Source: a virus. Taken from it: a stretch of DNA of 64,000 bases. The DNA lies in the IMG/VR virus record IMGVR_UViG_3300042453_004886, positions 96,001 to 160,000 of that record. One strand, written 5' to 3'. The notes under the pieces are model-generated. The model had not been told where the DNA came from. It saw only the letters and a list, made by a program, of their open reading frames with translations, and did no database searches. Both the position numbers and the translations under genes were made by a program. This document shows positions 26,219-35,185 of the stretch, piece by piece. Each line of letters begins with the position of its first letter. Within the stretch, counting starts at the first letter, position 1.

Positions 26219-26313
26219 CTGAATATCCCCTGGCTCCTTTGAATTAAAGGAGTCGGGGGACTTCCCCTGATCATACCCAATACCTTCCCAATACCTTTAG
26301 GAGATTAAGACCC

Positions 26314-26736
26314 ATGCGCTATACTGCTCGAATTGCCAAAGTGTCGGACTTCCCCAACACGAATTCGTTGAGCGTGATTGCCGTTCTGAAGACAGAGAAC
26401 GGACAGCTCATCGAGGACGTCTGGGTGAGCTTCTATCTCCCGTACAGCCTCGACATCTCCAACGATGTCCGGTCCCGTGTCTGCACGGAGATCGGATTCG
26501 AAGCCCAGGGTTACTCCTCTCAGCCCATCCCGGGACGTGAAGGGAACCCCACCAAGGGTCTGCAGCCGCTCCACGCCTTGGTTGGCCTGGACCGTAAAAG
26601 CATCGTCAGCATGCTCTCCCGTGAGGTTCGCCGCGGCACGGTCGTCAAGGATAAGGCCTTGGCGAGCCGCAACAAGAACCTCGTGTCGCGTGCTGCTGAA
26701 TGGCTGCAGTCGGCTGTGAAGCAGGCTGCCGAGTAA
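26314..26736 (+). CDS. Hypothetical protein
   Basis: AGGAG SD; GC3-rich codons. Confidence 0.65.
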   Translation: MRYTARIAKVSDFPNTNSLSVIAVLKTENGQLIEDVWVSFYLPYSLDISNDVRSRVCTEIGFEAQGYSSQPIPGREGNPTKGLQPLHALVGLDRKSIVSMLSREVRRGTVVKDKALASRNKNLVSRAAEWLQSAVKQAAE

Positions 26737-26793
26737 CCTAGTAAAACCCAGGGGAGGGCTTCGGCTCTCCCCAAACCTACCTAAGGAGAAACC

Positions 26794-26988
26794 ATGGGCA
26801 AGATCAATTTCCTGATCGTCAGCTGCACGCTGACGCTCATCATCAACTTCGTCAACATCCTCGCGATCACGCGGGGAGAATACGAATATGGCATTGGAAG
26901 CTGGGTTGGACTTTGCATGTCCACCATGGCCATCTGGATGGCCGGGACCTGCATCTACCAGTACAACAAAATCAAACAATCTCTGTAA
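26794..26988 (+). CDS. Small two-helix membrane protein
   Basis: AAGGAG SD; two hydrophobic segments. Confidence 0.6.
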   Translation: MGKINFLIVSCTLTLIINFVNILAITRGEYEYGIGSWVGLCMSTMAIWMAGTCIYQYNKIKQSL

Positions 26989-27014
26989 GAACAATCTCTG
27001 TAAGGAGGAAACCC

Positions 27015-27365
27015 ATGGGAACCAATGATTTGCTCCGTTCCTACATGAACGAGCAAGAAACTTACAACGCCAACCGGAAGACCCACATGCAGGTGATCGT
27101 CCAGCACCTGCGTGACAACAAAGTCCCTGAGTACAGCAGAGAGTCCTTCAAAGTGGCCCCCTGGTTCACCGGGTGGGTCTACTTCCTGAGCGAAGAGGGA
27201 GCCGTCACGGCATCCCTTTTCGAGAACGCAGAAGAAGTCCACTGGGGCAGCCTTACCACGGGAGAATGGTGCAACCGCATCGTTCTCGTCGAGGGACAGC
27301 TCTACACCTTTGGACAGTGGAGCAACCCGATGGGGCTCCCTGACGCCTTTGTCTGGAACGGATAA
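27015..27365 (+). CDS. Hypothetical protein
   Basis: AAGGAGG SD before ATG 27015. Confidence 0.65.
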   Translation: MGTNDLLRSYMNEQETYNANRKTHMQVIVQHLRDNKVPEYSRESFKVAPWFTGWVYFLSEEGAVTASLFENAEEVHWGSLTTGEWCNRIVLVEGQLYTFGQWSNPMGLPDAFVWNG

Positions 27366-27535
27366 GGTTTTCCCGAGGAGAGGTAGCCTCCTCGGGTTTA
27401 CGTGCCCCCTGAGCCTTGCAGGGCTCAGAATTGGGGAAGAGACGGGTGCAGTTGCAGCTGCACCCGACGCCACGGGCTGTTGCAGGGGGTAGGCGAAAGC
27501 CTACCCCCGCATCAGTTATCCCTTAAAGGAGACTT

Positions 27536-27757
27536 ATGAGACTCAGCGTGAACGCCCTGGAAGCTGTATGGTTCCGTTCGAACTTGCTCAAGAGCAAGAT
27601 CGATCGGCTGTACAAAACGACAGCGGACTACCCGGAGCTGGACGGATTGGTTGCGGATCTCCAGGACATGGTCCGTCGCCTGGAAATCGATACCTACACC
27701 CTCTGGCGGAACGAAGCCGCAGAGGAAGAAGAAAAGACTGGAGTGCTCAAACCATGA
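27536..27757 (+). CDS. Small helical hypothetical protein
   Basis: AAGGAG SD. Confidence 0.6.
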   Translation: MRLSVNALEAVWFRSNLLKSKIDRLYKTTADYPELDGLVADLQDMVRRLEIDTYTLWRNEAAEEEEKTGVLKP

Positions 27758-27969
27758 GTCACGAAGAAACTATGAAGGTTGCGTCCTCCCTGAGGCTGTT
27801 GACACAGCTGATCAACGAGCTGCAGGAAACTGCAGCTCAAATCCCTGATGGAAAGCTGTCCCGAGAAATCCGGGGCAGCCGTGAATTGGCGAGAGATATC
27901 CGGGGCATGCTCGGAACTCTCCGCAGAACCCCTGAAACGAGTGTCATACGCTCGATTCAGAAACTATAG
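27754..27969 (+). CDS. Small helical hypothetical protein
   Basis: ATGA overlap with the previous stop codon. Confidence 0.55.
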   Translation: MSHEETMKVASSLRLLTQLINELQETAAQIPDGKLSREIRGSRELARDIRGMLGTLRRTPETSVIRSIQKL

Positions 27970-27980
27970 AGGAGGAACCC

Positions 27981-28277
27981 ATGGAAGTCTACAAATTTCT
28001 GGAAGCAATCAAGAAAATCCAGAATGTCGAGTTCTTCCCAAAGCCCAATGGATACCAGTGGGTGGTCGGGGAGGAGCTTTCGGTGATCAGCACCGAAGGA
28101 TCTTACGGAGGACGAGAAGGCCTGCTCGAGATGACGATCTTGTCGGATTGGAGTTTCGAGCCAGCAGGCTTTCTGACGGCTGAAGAGGCAATGGAAGGCG
28201 TTTACGCTTTCCTGGATGGCAAGAACTGGAAGGCGGAGATCTTCCGGTTCCGGGACGCCAAACAAAAGCAAAGCTAA
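27981..28277 (+). CDS. Hypothetical protein
   Basis: GAGGAGG SD; SVISTEGSYGG..GLLEM motif seen in phage proteins. Confidence 0.65.
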   Translation: MEVYKFLEAIKKIQNVEFFPKPNGYQWVVGEELSVISTEGSYGGREGLLEMTILSDWSFEPAGFLTAEEAMEGVYAFLDGKNWKAEIFRFRDAKQKQS

Positions 28278-28281
28278 CACA

Positions 28282-28304
28282 GGGGCCAGGCTTAGCCTGG
28301 CCCC
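28282..28304 (+). terminator. Hairpin ending the GC-rich region
   Basis: GGGGCCAGGC-TTA-GCCTGGCCCC followed shortly by a T-run. Confidence 0.5.
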
Positions 28305-28350
28305 CGAACTTTTCCAGTCTACCTGGCTATCTTTACTTTAAATCTTGCTT

Positions 28351-28670
28351 TTTCAGTATCTCCACCCCGCAAGGGTCTAACCCACACTTCAGTATCTCCA
28401 CTAAATAAAGGTTTACCCCATTTTCAGTATCTACACTAAATAAAGGTTTACTACACTACAGATAGTGTATCAAATTCTGGTATCTCCACTAAATAAAGGT
28501 ATTCCCCACACTAGGGCTAGTGTTATTTTTTAAGACAGGGCTTTAAAATCTGGTATCTCCACTAGATAAAGGTTTACTACACTAGCGCTAGTGGTGTTAT
28601 ATTTTTAAAACACTACACTAGATCTAGTGTATTAAAATTCTGGTATCTCCACTAAATATGGGTCTACCCC
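28351..28670. repeat. Iteron-like direct repeats (6 copies) interleaved with inverted repeats
   Basis: GTATCT(C/A)CACTA(A/G)ATA(A/T)(A/G)GG core at 28392, 28427, 28480, 28553, 28643, and a degenerate copy at 28356. Confidence 0.8.
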
Positions 28671-28834
28671 CTCGAAAAGAATTAAAGAGGGTAGAGTATG
28701 AATAAGTTATCAAAGTAACCAAGTAACTACCAAGATAGCAGGGATAGAGGAACCGAAGGTGGGGTAGATGACCCCAGAGTTGCTTTAAAGGGGTCTATAA
28801 GGCGCTAGAAGGCGCGTTGGCTACTTCACGATAG

Positions 28835-29167
28835 TTGACACCTGAGGTTATAATAAAAAAGCTTATAGCCTCTCGGCATCAGATATATCAAACAGGATGG
28901 AGAATAAATATGCTCGGAATGACTTTTCCTAACCTTGAATCTTACGAAATTGCAAAAGAATTAGCTGAAGAACTCGGTATTCAATATAAGATCAAGATCG
29001 GCCCATCAGACGAATCGCTGGAAGGTCTGAGGTTGGTCAGCTTTCACGGACTCCCCGATCGACTGATCATGATGTCCGATCTATTTGCTATTAGACTCAT
29101 GATGGCTCAAAAAGAAAGAGCTCAGCACATCCGAGATCTCAAAAAGATGTGGAGCATGACCACATGA
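28835..29167 (+). CDS. Hypothetical protein
   Basis: ORF of 110 aa; start uncertain. Confidence 0.45.
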   Translation: MTPEVIIKKLIASRHQIYQTGWRINMLGMTFPNLESYEIAKELAEELGIQYKIKIGPSDESLEGLRLVSFHGLPDRLIMMSDLFAIRLMMAQKERAQHIRDLKKMWSMTT

Positions 29168-29766
29168 AAGATTTCGGCGTCATACAAAAACTGAAAGACC
29201 ACATCCTTACAGATGTTCCTAACTTTAAATCCTGGGAGTGGGGCTTAGACAGCAAAGGAAACACCTGCGCCTGTTGTGGAAGATACACCAATTACAGAGC
29301 ATCTATAGAATATTCGATTAAATTAAATATTCCTATATGTGACAATTACTATTGCCTTGCTTTTAGCCCTGAACTATTTGATTTCTACCTGAGCAAATTC
29401 AAGGCTACCATGACTAGAAAAGAAAATTATAAAATTTATTCATTAATTTCAAAAAACCTATTGACAAACGAAATTGGGTTATTTGATAATAAAAATGTTG
29501 TTCCGGTTAAACTAAAAGAATTGAAAGGTTCCGAGGTTTATCCTGCAGCAAGAAAAATATTTAAAAAATATTCTTCGAGGGCTATTTACATTTTCGATGG
29601 TTCTGCGTTAATATCAAAATATCGAGAGTGTAGTTCTTGCAAAAGACAAGTTAAAACACAAAATCTCACGCTCTTTTCCGCAGCTTCGCCAGTTCAAGTA
29701 ATGAGATCAGACCACTATTTCTGCAAACAAACCCTCGAATGTAATTTTTGTTCCTCCCTGCTTTAA
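29149..29766 (+). CDS. Cys-rich Zn-binding protein, family 1
   Basis: CxxC pairs; C-terminal block shared with 32967-33494 and 35186-35803. Confidence 0.65.
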   Translation: MEHDHMKDFGVIQKLKDHILTDVPNFKSWEWGLDSKGNTCACCGRYTNYRASIEYSIKLNIPICDNYYCLAFSPELFDFYLSKFKATMTRKENYKIYSLISKNLLTNEIGLFDNKNVVPVKLKELKGSEVYPAARKIFKKYSSRAIYIFDGSALISKYRECSSCKRQVKTQNLTLFSAASPVQVMRSDHYFCKQTLECNFCSSLL

Positions 29767-29876
29767 CCTCAACCCTATTCACACGATGCTCCCGCGCACG
29801 TGAATAGGGTTGAATGCTATTCATACCAAGTTCCATTGCAGACATCTGCAATTCCACAATCTCTCTTCCAAATAAG

Positions 29877-29971
29877 TTATACACAAGTTATCCACATATT
29901 CATTACCAAAATTAAGCCACCTAGATAAATCAGGGGGTACACTAGATCTAGTGTACCCCCACTTTTCCACA
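29877..29971 (+). promoter_or_regulatory. Three DnaA-box matches around a 28-bp palindrome
   Basis: TTATACACA (29877), TTATCCACA (29888) and TTTTCCACA (29963) fit TT(A/T)TNCACA; palindrome GGGGGTACACTAGATCTAGTGTACCCCC at 29933-29960. Confidence 0.55.
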
Positions 29972-30546
29972 AACCCGATTTTCAGCCACAGTTTTACAGG
30001 CTCCCGCCAAAAGTTCCTGCAAGTTACGTTCCCCGAAGTTCATTCCCAAGCTCCAAAGCTAAAACTCTCTACAATCGTCTCTAAGGCCCCTTAAATCTTT
30101 AAAACGTAAGAAGAGTGCTGCCCCCACTCTTTCTCGTCTTCTAGAAGCTCTGAGACACGTTTAAAGCAACGCTGTTCCTCACCGCTACCCCCACCCTTCT
30201 CTGCGAATCCATCTCCGAGCCCTGAGCCGGGGCTAGCAGGTCTCGAAATATCGCCTCCAAATCGGGGGCGGGGGGACTATAGGGGGGTATTATCTCTGCT
30301 ATATATTATATATTATATATTATTATTTATTATTATATTATATTATTAAAGTATTTCAAAGAGTATTTCTAGAATACTTTTAAGTATTCTCTGATAAGTT
30401 ACTCCTAAATAACCCCTGATGGGGTCATTTAGTCGTAACTTAGTTACCAAACATACGTTAGTATGTTTAGGACTATTTAATTCCTAGAAATACTCTTATA
30501 TTACTATTATTATATTATTTATTATTATAGTATGTAATTAATACTA

Positions 30547-30610
30547 CACCCTATATAGTATCAAATCAAAATACTCTTAAGAGTATTTTGATTTGATACT
30601 ATATAGGGTG
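30547..30610. repeat. Perfect 64-bp palindrome
   Basis: CACCCTATATAGTATCAAATCAAAATACTCTT|AAGAGTATTTTGATTTGATACTATATAGGGTG, checked base by base. Confidence 0.95.
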
Positions 30611-30869
30611 GTTCAACTTAAGATATAGAGCCGTCCTTTAACATATCACTATTACTTTAAATACATAACTAGTTATATATAATATATAGTATGTACGCGC
30701 ATGCACACGCGTAGGAAAACCCAGAGGGAGTGGTACCCCTTCGTACCACTCCCTCTGGAGTTAAATCTTCAACTTCTCCCCGCTAAGAAGGCCGTCCTTA
30801 CTTCCACTCATTTCGGGGCTCAATTTCCACCCTACTCTTGCCTAAAATGCTTGTCAACTCTTTCTCCCC

Positions 30870-31163
30870 TTGGGTATAAAAACAGGGAAGCGGGCGGCTC
30901 CCGACTGCCTGCCCGCTTCCCCTCCGTCGAAGACAACCTACAAGAGCTACAAACCCGCACCAGGTGAACTCGAGGTCGTCTCCGAGACTTTTCCCAATTA
31001 TATTTCCCCAGATCCGAAAGGTCAACAAATTTTTATGGTTACCCAAGAAGAATGGCTTACTGAGCTCTCCAACATCAATTCCATTTTGCATCTCATCCAC
31101 AATTCAGAAGTGCTTGAGATTGCCCAAAATTATATCCACTACATCCAGGGTAAAATTTGCTAG
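30870..31163 (+). CDS. Hypothetical protein
   Basis: ORF only; start uncertain. Confidence 0.35.
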   Translation: MGIKTGKRAAPDCLPASPPSKTTYKSYKPAPGELEVVSETFPNYISPDPKGQQIFMVTQEEWLTELSNINSILHLIHNSEVLEIAQNYIHYIQGKIC

Positions 31164-31204
31164 GGTACACTACATCTAGTGTACCCCTCCTCAGGAGACC
31201 CGCC

Positions 31205-31489
31205 ATGTCCAGCAAGCAAAAATACAATATCGGCAACTTCCTCTCCGGTAAAAAACTATTCCTTGACGACAAATTCCTCGAGTACAAAAACATTTATGGC
31301 GGTAACTTCCGCATTCCCACCCGTGACATCCAAAGTGTGGTGGTATCACCACATAGCATTGGTTACGGCAAGGTCAAACTCCTCGGTAAAGGCACAGAGC
31401 TTGCCTATCTTGTCCTGCCCCTTCCTTGGGCGCACAGCACCCAGGACTGGCTCATGAGCAATCTATTTTCCGAGCTCAGGCACGGATAA
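31205..31489 (+). CDS. Small beta-rich protein (bacterial PH-domain-like)
   Basis: AGGAG SD; LFLDDKFLEY...RIP..DIQSVVV pattern. Confidence 0.5.
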   Translation: MSSKQKYNIGNFLSGKKLFLDDKFLEYKNIYGGNFRIPTRDIQSVVVSPHSIGYGKVKLLGKGTELAYLVLPLPWAHSTQDWLMSNLFSELRHG

Positions 31490-31560
31490 AAATTGAAGGG
31501 AAATAATAAACCCTACACTACTGCTAGTGTAGGGTTTAAAAATTACGGAGACACGCTGTA

Positions 31561-32148
31561 ATGTACATATACTTTAATAAGTATTACATAGCTTTACTCA
31601 TAAGTTTATTTGTATCTGGGTGTCTTGTTAAACCAAAAATAGATCCTGAAAACGGATTTGATATTTTTGGTATTTTTAATCCGAGTAGTCTTGAAGAAAA
31701 AATATTTAAAATATACGCTTATGATGCTAGTCTTACTAAACCAAAAGTTTTACTAAACGGTATTTTATCTTCACCCTCTATAAAAGTAATTGATAAAGAA
31801 ATAACATTTGAAAATGTATTAAAGCCAACAGATATAGTAAAATGCGTCTGGAGTGTAAAAATAACTAACCAACCTGAAGAAACTGGACTTTGGAGCAATC
31901 TCTCAAACTTTAAAAATACAACAAAAACCATTTTTTGGACAAAAGAACTAAATTTAATAGAATCAACTAAATCTGAACCAATTCAACTTTATACGCCATC
32001 CCCTACTCCTTCAGTTAAACCTGTTTATGTAGATACAAGCACTGGAACTGCTTATGTTCAATCTGAATCTAGTAAAGTGTACGTTCACGGTTACTATAGA
32101 AAAGATGGAACATACGTTAGACCACACACTCGCAAAAGAACAAAATAA
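31561..32148 (+). CDS. Lipoprotein with C-terminal GYxRKDGTYVxPHxR motif
   Basis: Lipobox-like FVSGC; C-terminal VYVHGYYRKDGTYVRPHTR. Confidence 0.6.
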   Translation: MYIYFNKYYIALLISLFVSGCLVKPKIDPENGFDIFGIFNPSSLEEKIFKIYAYDASLTKPKVLLNGILSSPSIKVIDKEITFENVLKPTDIVKCVWSVKITNQPEETGLWSNLSNFKNTTKTIFWTKELNLIESTKSEPIQLYTPSPTPSVKPVYVDTSTGTAYVQSESSKVYVHGYYRKDGTYVRPHTRKRTK

Positions 32149-32233
32149 CTACACTACTGCTAGTGCATGTTGACAAAGTCGTTTTACAGGCTACTCTTGA
32201 AAGTAATACAATCTTTCAGGAGTAGCCCCAACC

Positions 32234-32812
32234 ATGAAAAAATCTGGACTGTTCTACTTCTCCATGATTAATGGCTACGACAATATTCAATCTGCTGAAT
32301 CAAACTTCCTGATCAAGAGACAAAAAGTACCTGACTTCTTTAACCAGCTCATCGAATTCCTACACGAAAGAATAGGCTTCGATAGATCCAAAATGGATCA
32401 GTTCAAGCAGTTCAAAGAAAAAGGTGTCAACCTAAATCTAGTCAATCAAATAGGCACCATGTTTGGTGTAAACTTCTACGAAAAACACGAAGATATCGTT
32501 TACTTCTACACCACAGATGTTGAGCATTCCTTCTACAAATCCACGCCCGTTTATTACAAAGACTTCTTCCTGAAAACAGTTGAAAAGTATGCAGAACCGG
32601 GCAGTCAAGTGATCTTGCTTCCGGAATCTCTTAACTTCATGCAAACGATAAAACTCACGCTCAACGACAAAAATCAGTTCACTTACGAGCTCAATCTTCC
32701 GATTTGCTACAACATCGAAGAAGTCGTGAACTTACTTAAAGAGAAATACCCAAGCACCGCCACGCTTGATACAATCATCAAAGGCGAAGCCTTCAAAAAA
32801 TCCCTGCAATAA
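32234..32812 (+). CDS. Hypothetical protein, family 2
   Basis: C-terminus EEVVNLLKEKYPSTATLDTII resembles 34554-35051 and 35814-36311. Confidence 0.65.
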   Translation: MKKSGLFYFSMINGYDNIQSAESNFLIKRQKVPDFFNQLIEFLHERIGFDRSKMDQFKQFKEKGVNLNLVNQIGTMFGVNFYEKHEDIVYFYTTDVEHSFYKSTPVYYKDFFLKTVEKYAEPGSQVILLPESLNFMQTIKLTLNDKNQFTYELNLPICYNIEEVVNLLKEKYPSTATLDTIIKGEAFKKSLQ

Positions 32813-32857
32813 ATTCTTTCAAGCGCCCGTAGCTCAGTCGGTAGAGCATTCGCATAA

Positions 32858-32928
32858 GCCCCGTTGTCATATTGGTTGTGGAGCAGACTTTTAATCTGTG
32901 GAAACAGGTTCGATTCCTGTACGGGGCA
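32858..32928 (+). tRNA. trnK: tRNA-Lys(UUU), weak D-arm
   Basis: Acceptor GCCCCGT/ACGGGGC; anticodon arm CAGA-CTTTTAA-TCTG; T-arm ACAGG-TTCGATT-CCTGT. Confidence 0.75.
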
Positions 32929-32966
32929 CTACTTTCTCAATTTTATACCGCCTATTTGGAGCCTCT

Positions 32967-33494
32967 ATGAAAAAAATTGAAGAGTTGATTTCAAGCCTTA
33001 TAGATATACTTCCTCATAACTCAACTGTAATTTACACACCTGCAATTGATCCATGTATTTTTCACAATCACCAACAAAAACAACATAATAACTATAAAAT
33101 CGATATCAGCTACTTTAATAGCAATTGGTCCTGTATTGTTTGCGAGTGTATGCACCGAGACACTGCATTCAATATAGCTTTCTCTCCAATAGAAACGTTT
33201 ACTAACTATATAAGTCATATCTATATCTCAAATAGACAGCTACCTGCTCCTAACAAAGATATTAATCCTAACTTTTTTAAGAAGTTTCCTGTGACAAGAC
33301 GCTCCAGAAAAAACTATCTCATCGATGGTGCTGAGCTAATTAACGATCAGGTTACATGCGCTCTGTGCAGCTCAAGAATAAATCGAAACGAGTCAAACTA
33401 CATTATTTCTTGCTCCCCTAAAAAAGCAAAAAGACAGCGTTATAGCATATGCAAAAACACCACACAGTGTGATTTTGTATGTGCGCTTACATAG
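32967..33494 (+). CDS. Cys-rich Zn-binding protein, family 1
   Basis: VTCALC...YSICK...CDF block; GGAG SD before ATG 32967. Confidence 0.6.
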   Translation: MKKIEELISSLIDILPHNSTVIYTPAIDPCIFHNHQQKQHNNYKIDISYFNSNWSCIVCECMHRDTAFNIAFSPIETFTNYISHIYISNRQLPAPNKDINPNFFKKFPVTRRSRKNYLIDGAELINDQVTCALCSSRINRNESNYIISCSPKKAKRQRYSICKNTTQCDFVCALT

Positions 33495-33505
33495 GAGTTA
33501 TTAGA

Positions 33506-33967
33506 ATGAGCATCAGTGTTGAAATTCCCACCCTTCTGGTTGAAGCAGTCAATCCTATACTGGATCTCATGCCAGCTTCTCTGAAAGTTGTCACCAACTT
33601 TGCAGGAGCTCCCCCGTCGTTTCATGCAGAGTTCTTTTGCAGTGAAACGGGATTTGCAAGCACTGCAAACAGCTCCCGCGTTACGTTGGATGTATCCGTA
33701 GCAGTCAGAGGCCACGACCTGATGTACAATGTGCATGCTGTAGACGGCTCTGAGCGGCTCTCTGTGATCTTTTACGAAGCAGAAAAGCTGCCCCTGACCA
33801 CGCTCAACCTGGGTGAAGAATCCGACCCCCGTCGAGTAAAAGCAATTGCAAAGTTCTTTGAGGCGTTTATCCAATCGTTTTCAAAGTCGCTTTACATCAA
33901 TCAAAAAGAACACGAGCACGTCACCAATTTCCTCAACAACATCAACACGGAGACTGCACATGCCTAG
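33506..33967 (+). CDS. Hypothetical protein
   Basis: AGGAG SD. Confidence 0.6.
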   Translation: MSISVEIPTLLVEAVNPILDLMPASLKVVTNFAGAPPSFHAEFFCSETGFASTANSSRVTLDVSVAVRGHDLMYNVHAVDGSERLSVIFYEAEKLPLTTLNLGEESDPRRVKAIAKFFEAFIQSFSKSLYINQKEHEHVTNFLNNINTETAHA

Positions 33968-34091
33968 CCCTACACTGCTCCTGCCCACCAAGAACGGTAA
34001 GCTCATCACGCTTGCCGAGTTCAATCGCAATCAAGAACAGCCCCGCAGTTTCTGGAGTAAATTGAAGGAGTTTATAAGGGGGTACGTGTGA
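33960..34091 (+). CDS. Small hypothetical protein
   Basis: GGAG SD; overlaps both neighbours as coupled genes. Confidence 0.45.
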   Translation: MPSPTLLLPTKNGKLITLAEFNRNQEQPRSFWSKLKEFIRGYV

Positions 34092-34576
34092 TTGAGATAA
34101 TCTCTATTCACCCAGAAACTGCAAAAGCTATCAGTGCTTTTGAACGGTATACGGATAAAATAGAAGCTACCAAAATCATAAGCACCATCTACTGGAATGC
34201 TATTCTGACCCCACCCGATATCGGGTGGGGTTCCCAGTCTTACATGGAGCCACTCAAAGAAGTTAGCGCTGGTGTGTTCGTATCAAAGGTTGGCAACTCG
34301 ATAGACATTGAATTGACTCTTCCTGGTATCGACATCCACACCTCTACAGATGCCTCCAAGTTTGAGGTCAAGCTTGACTACGAGTACTGCTGGGGAGACC
34401 CTGCTTGGGTAGCTAAAAACCAATCAAGGGTTTTGTTTGCAGCTCGATTCTGGTTTGATGCAGTCATTCATCAAATCTGGGGGTTGTTTCATGTTCCTGA
34501 CGAAATTGCTCATGAACTTGCTTTGATGTTTAACCAAGACTTGGAGAAGATACATGATTTCCAAGGAAAACTTTAA
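34088..34576 (+). CDS. Hypothetical protein
   Basis: GTGA overlap with the previous stop codon. Confidence 0.6.
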   Translation: MIEIISIHPETAKAISAFERYTDKIEATKIISTIYWNAILTPPDIGWGSQSYMEPLKEVSAGVFVSKVGNSIDIELTLPGIDIHTSTDASKFEVKLDYEYCWGDPAWVAKNQSRVLFAARFWFDAVIHQIWGLFHVPDEIAHELALMFNQDLEKIHDFQGKL

Positions 34577-35051
34577 GTACCACTACATAGAGTATTTAAA
34601 ATCTGGTGACCTTTTTATTCCAGAGATCGATATCTTCATCAGAGAAATTTATTCTAGTAAAGTAATAAATCCTGATAACTATAGCTACGATGAACTTGAT
34701 AGTGTTTTGGATATTCTCCACAACATAAACGTTGACGGCTTTATAGATAAAAAGTCATCTTCCGTATTTCTGGAAACCAAAGATAGTATTAACTACAACG
34801 ACATCTTGGAGCTAATGGAAATCATTTCAAGATGCTGCACACCTGGTAGTACTCTTTTGTTCTTTGAAAGTATTTACTCGGAAGGATACTTCCGCTGTAG
34901 GATGACAGGCCCCGGAGCTTGGTATTTTGAGCCAAACGTCGACGCGTTTAACGACTTTGAGATGGCTATGCAGCTTATGAAAACCTACGGCGAGAACATG
35001 ACTTTGAGAGAAGTTATCAAAGCTTACAACCTTAAAAGAGCCTTGGTGTAA
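34554..35051 (+). CDS. Hypothetical protein, family 2
   Basis: C-terminus MKTYGENMTLREVIKAYNLKRAL. Confidence 0.6.
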   Translation: MISKENFKYHYIEYLKSGDLFIPEIDIFIREIYSSKVINPDNYSYDELDSVLDILHNINVDGFIDKKSSSVFLETKDSINYNDILELMEIISRCCTPGSTLLFFESIYSEGYFRCRMTGPGAWYFEPNVDAFNDFEMAMQLMKTYGENMTLREVIKAYNLKRALV

Positions 35052-35057
35052 AAACCA

Positions 35058-35089
35058 CAACACCCCTGGTAGAAATACCAGGGGTGTTG
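35058..35089 (+). terminator. Stem-loop after family-2 gene
   Basis: CAACACCCCTGGTA-GAAA-TACCAGGGGTGTTG. Confidence 0.5.
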
Positions 35090-35185
35090 CAGGTGACGTT
35101 GGACTCTTCGTTTTGTTTTGTATGACTGCCCAGAACCTCTGGACACTCTCAATCTACCTCTTTCAGAAGACGGAGTCAACCCCCT

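Noticed and set aside
8290-28280. Many minus-strand and alternate-frame ORFs in the GC-rich block (e.g. 13019-13756, 14828-15556, 19124-19999, 21619-22452)
   Set aside because: They overlap better-supported + strand genes, lack SD sites, and are expected shadow ORFs in GC-rich DNA.
8290-28310. GC-rich block as an integrated mobile element or prophage
   Set aside because: No integrase, transposase or flanking att repeats were seen, and genes are co-oriented with the rest. An assembly chimera remains untested.
28351-28670. Mini-CRISPR array
   Set aside because: The inter-repeat sequences are related to each other and of irregular length, unlike unique spacers.
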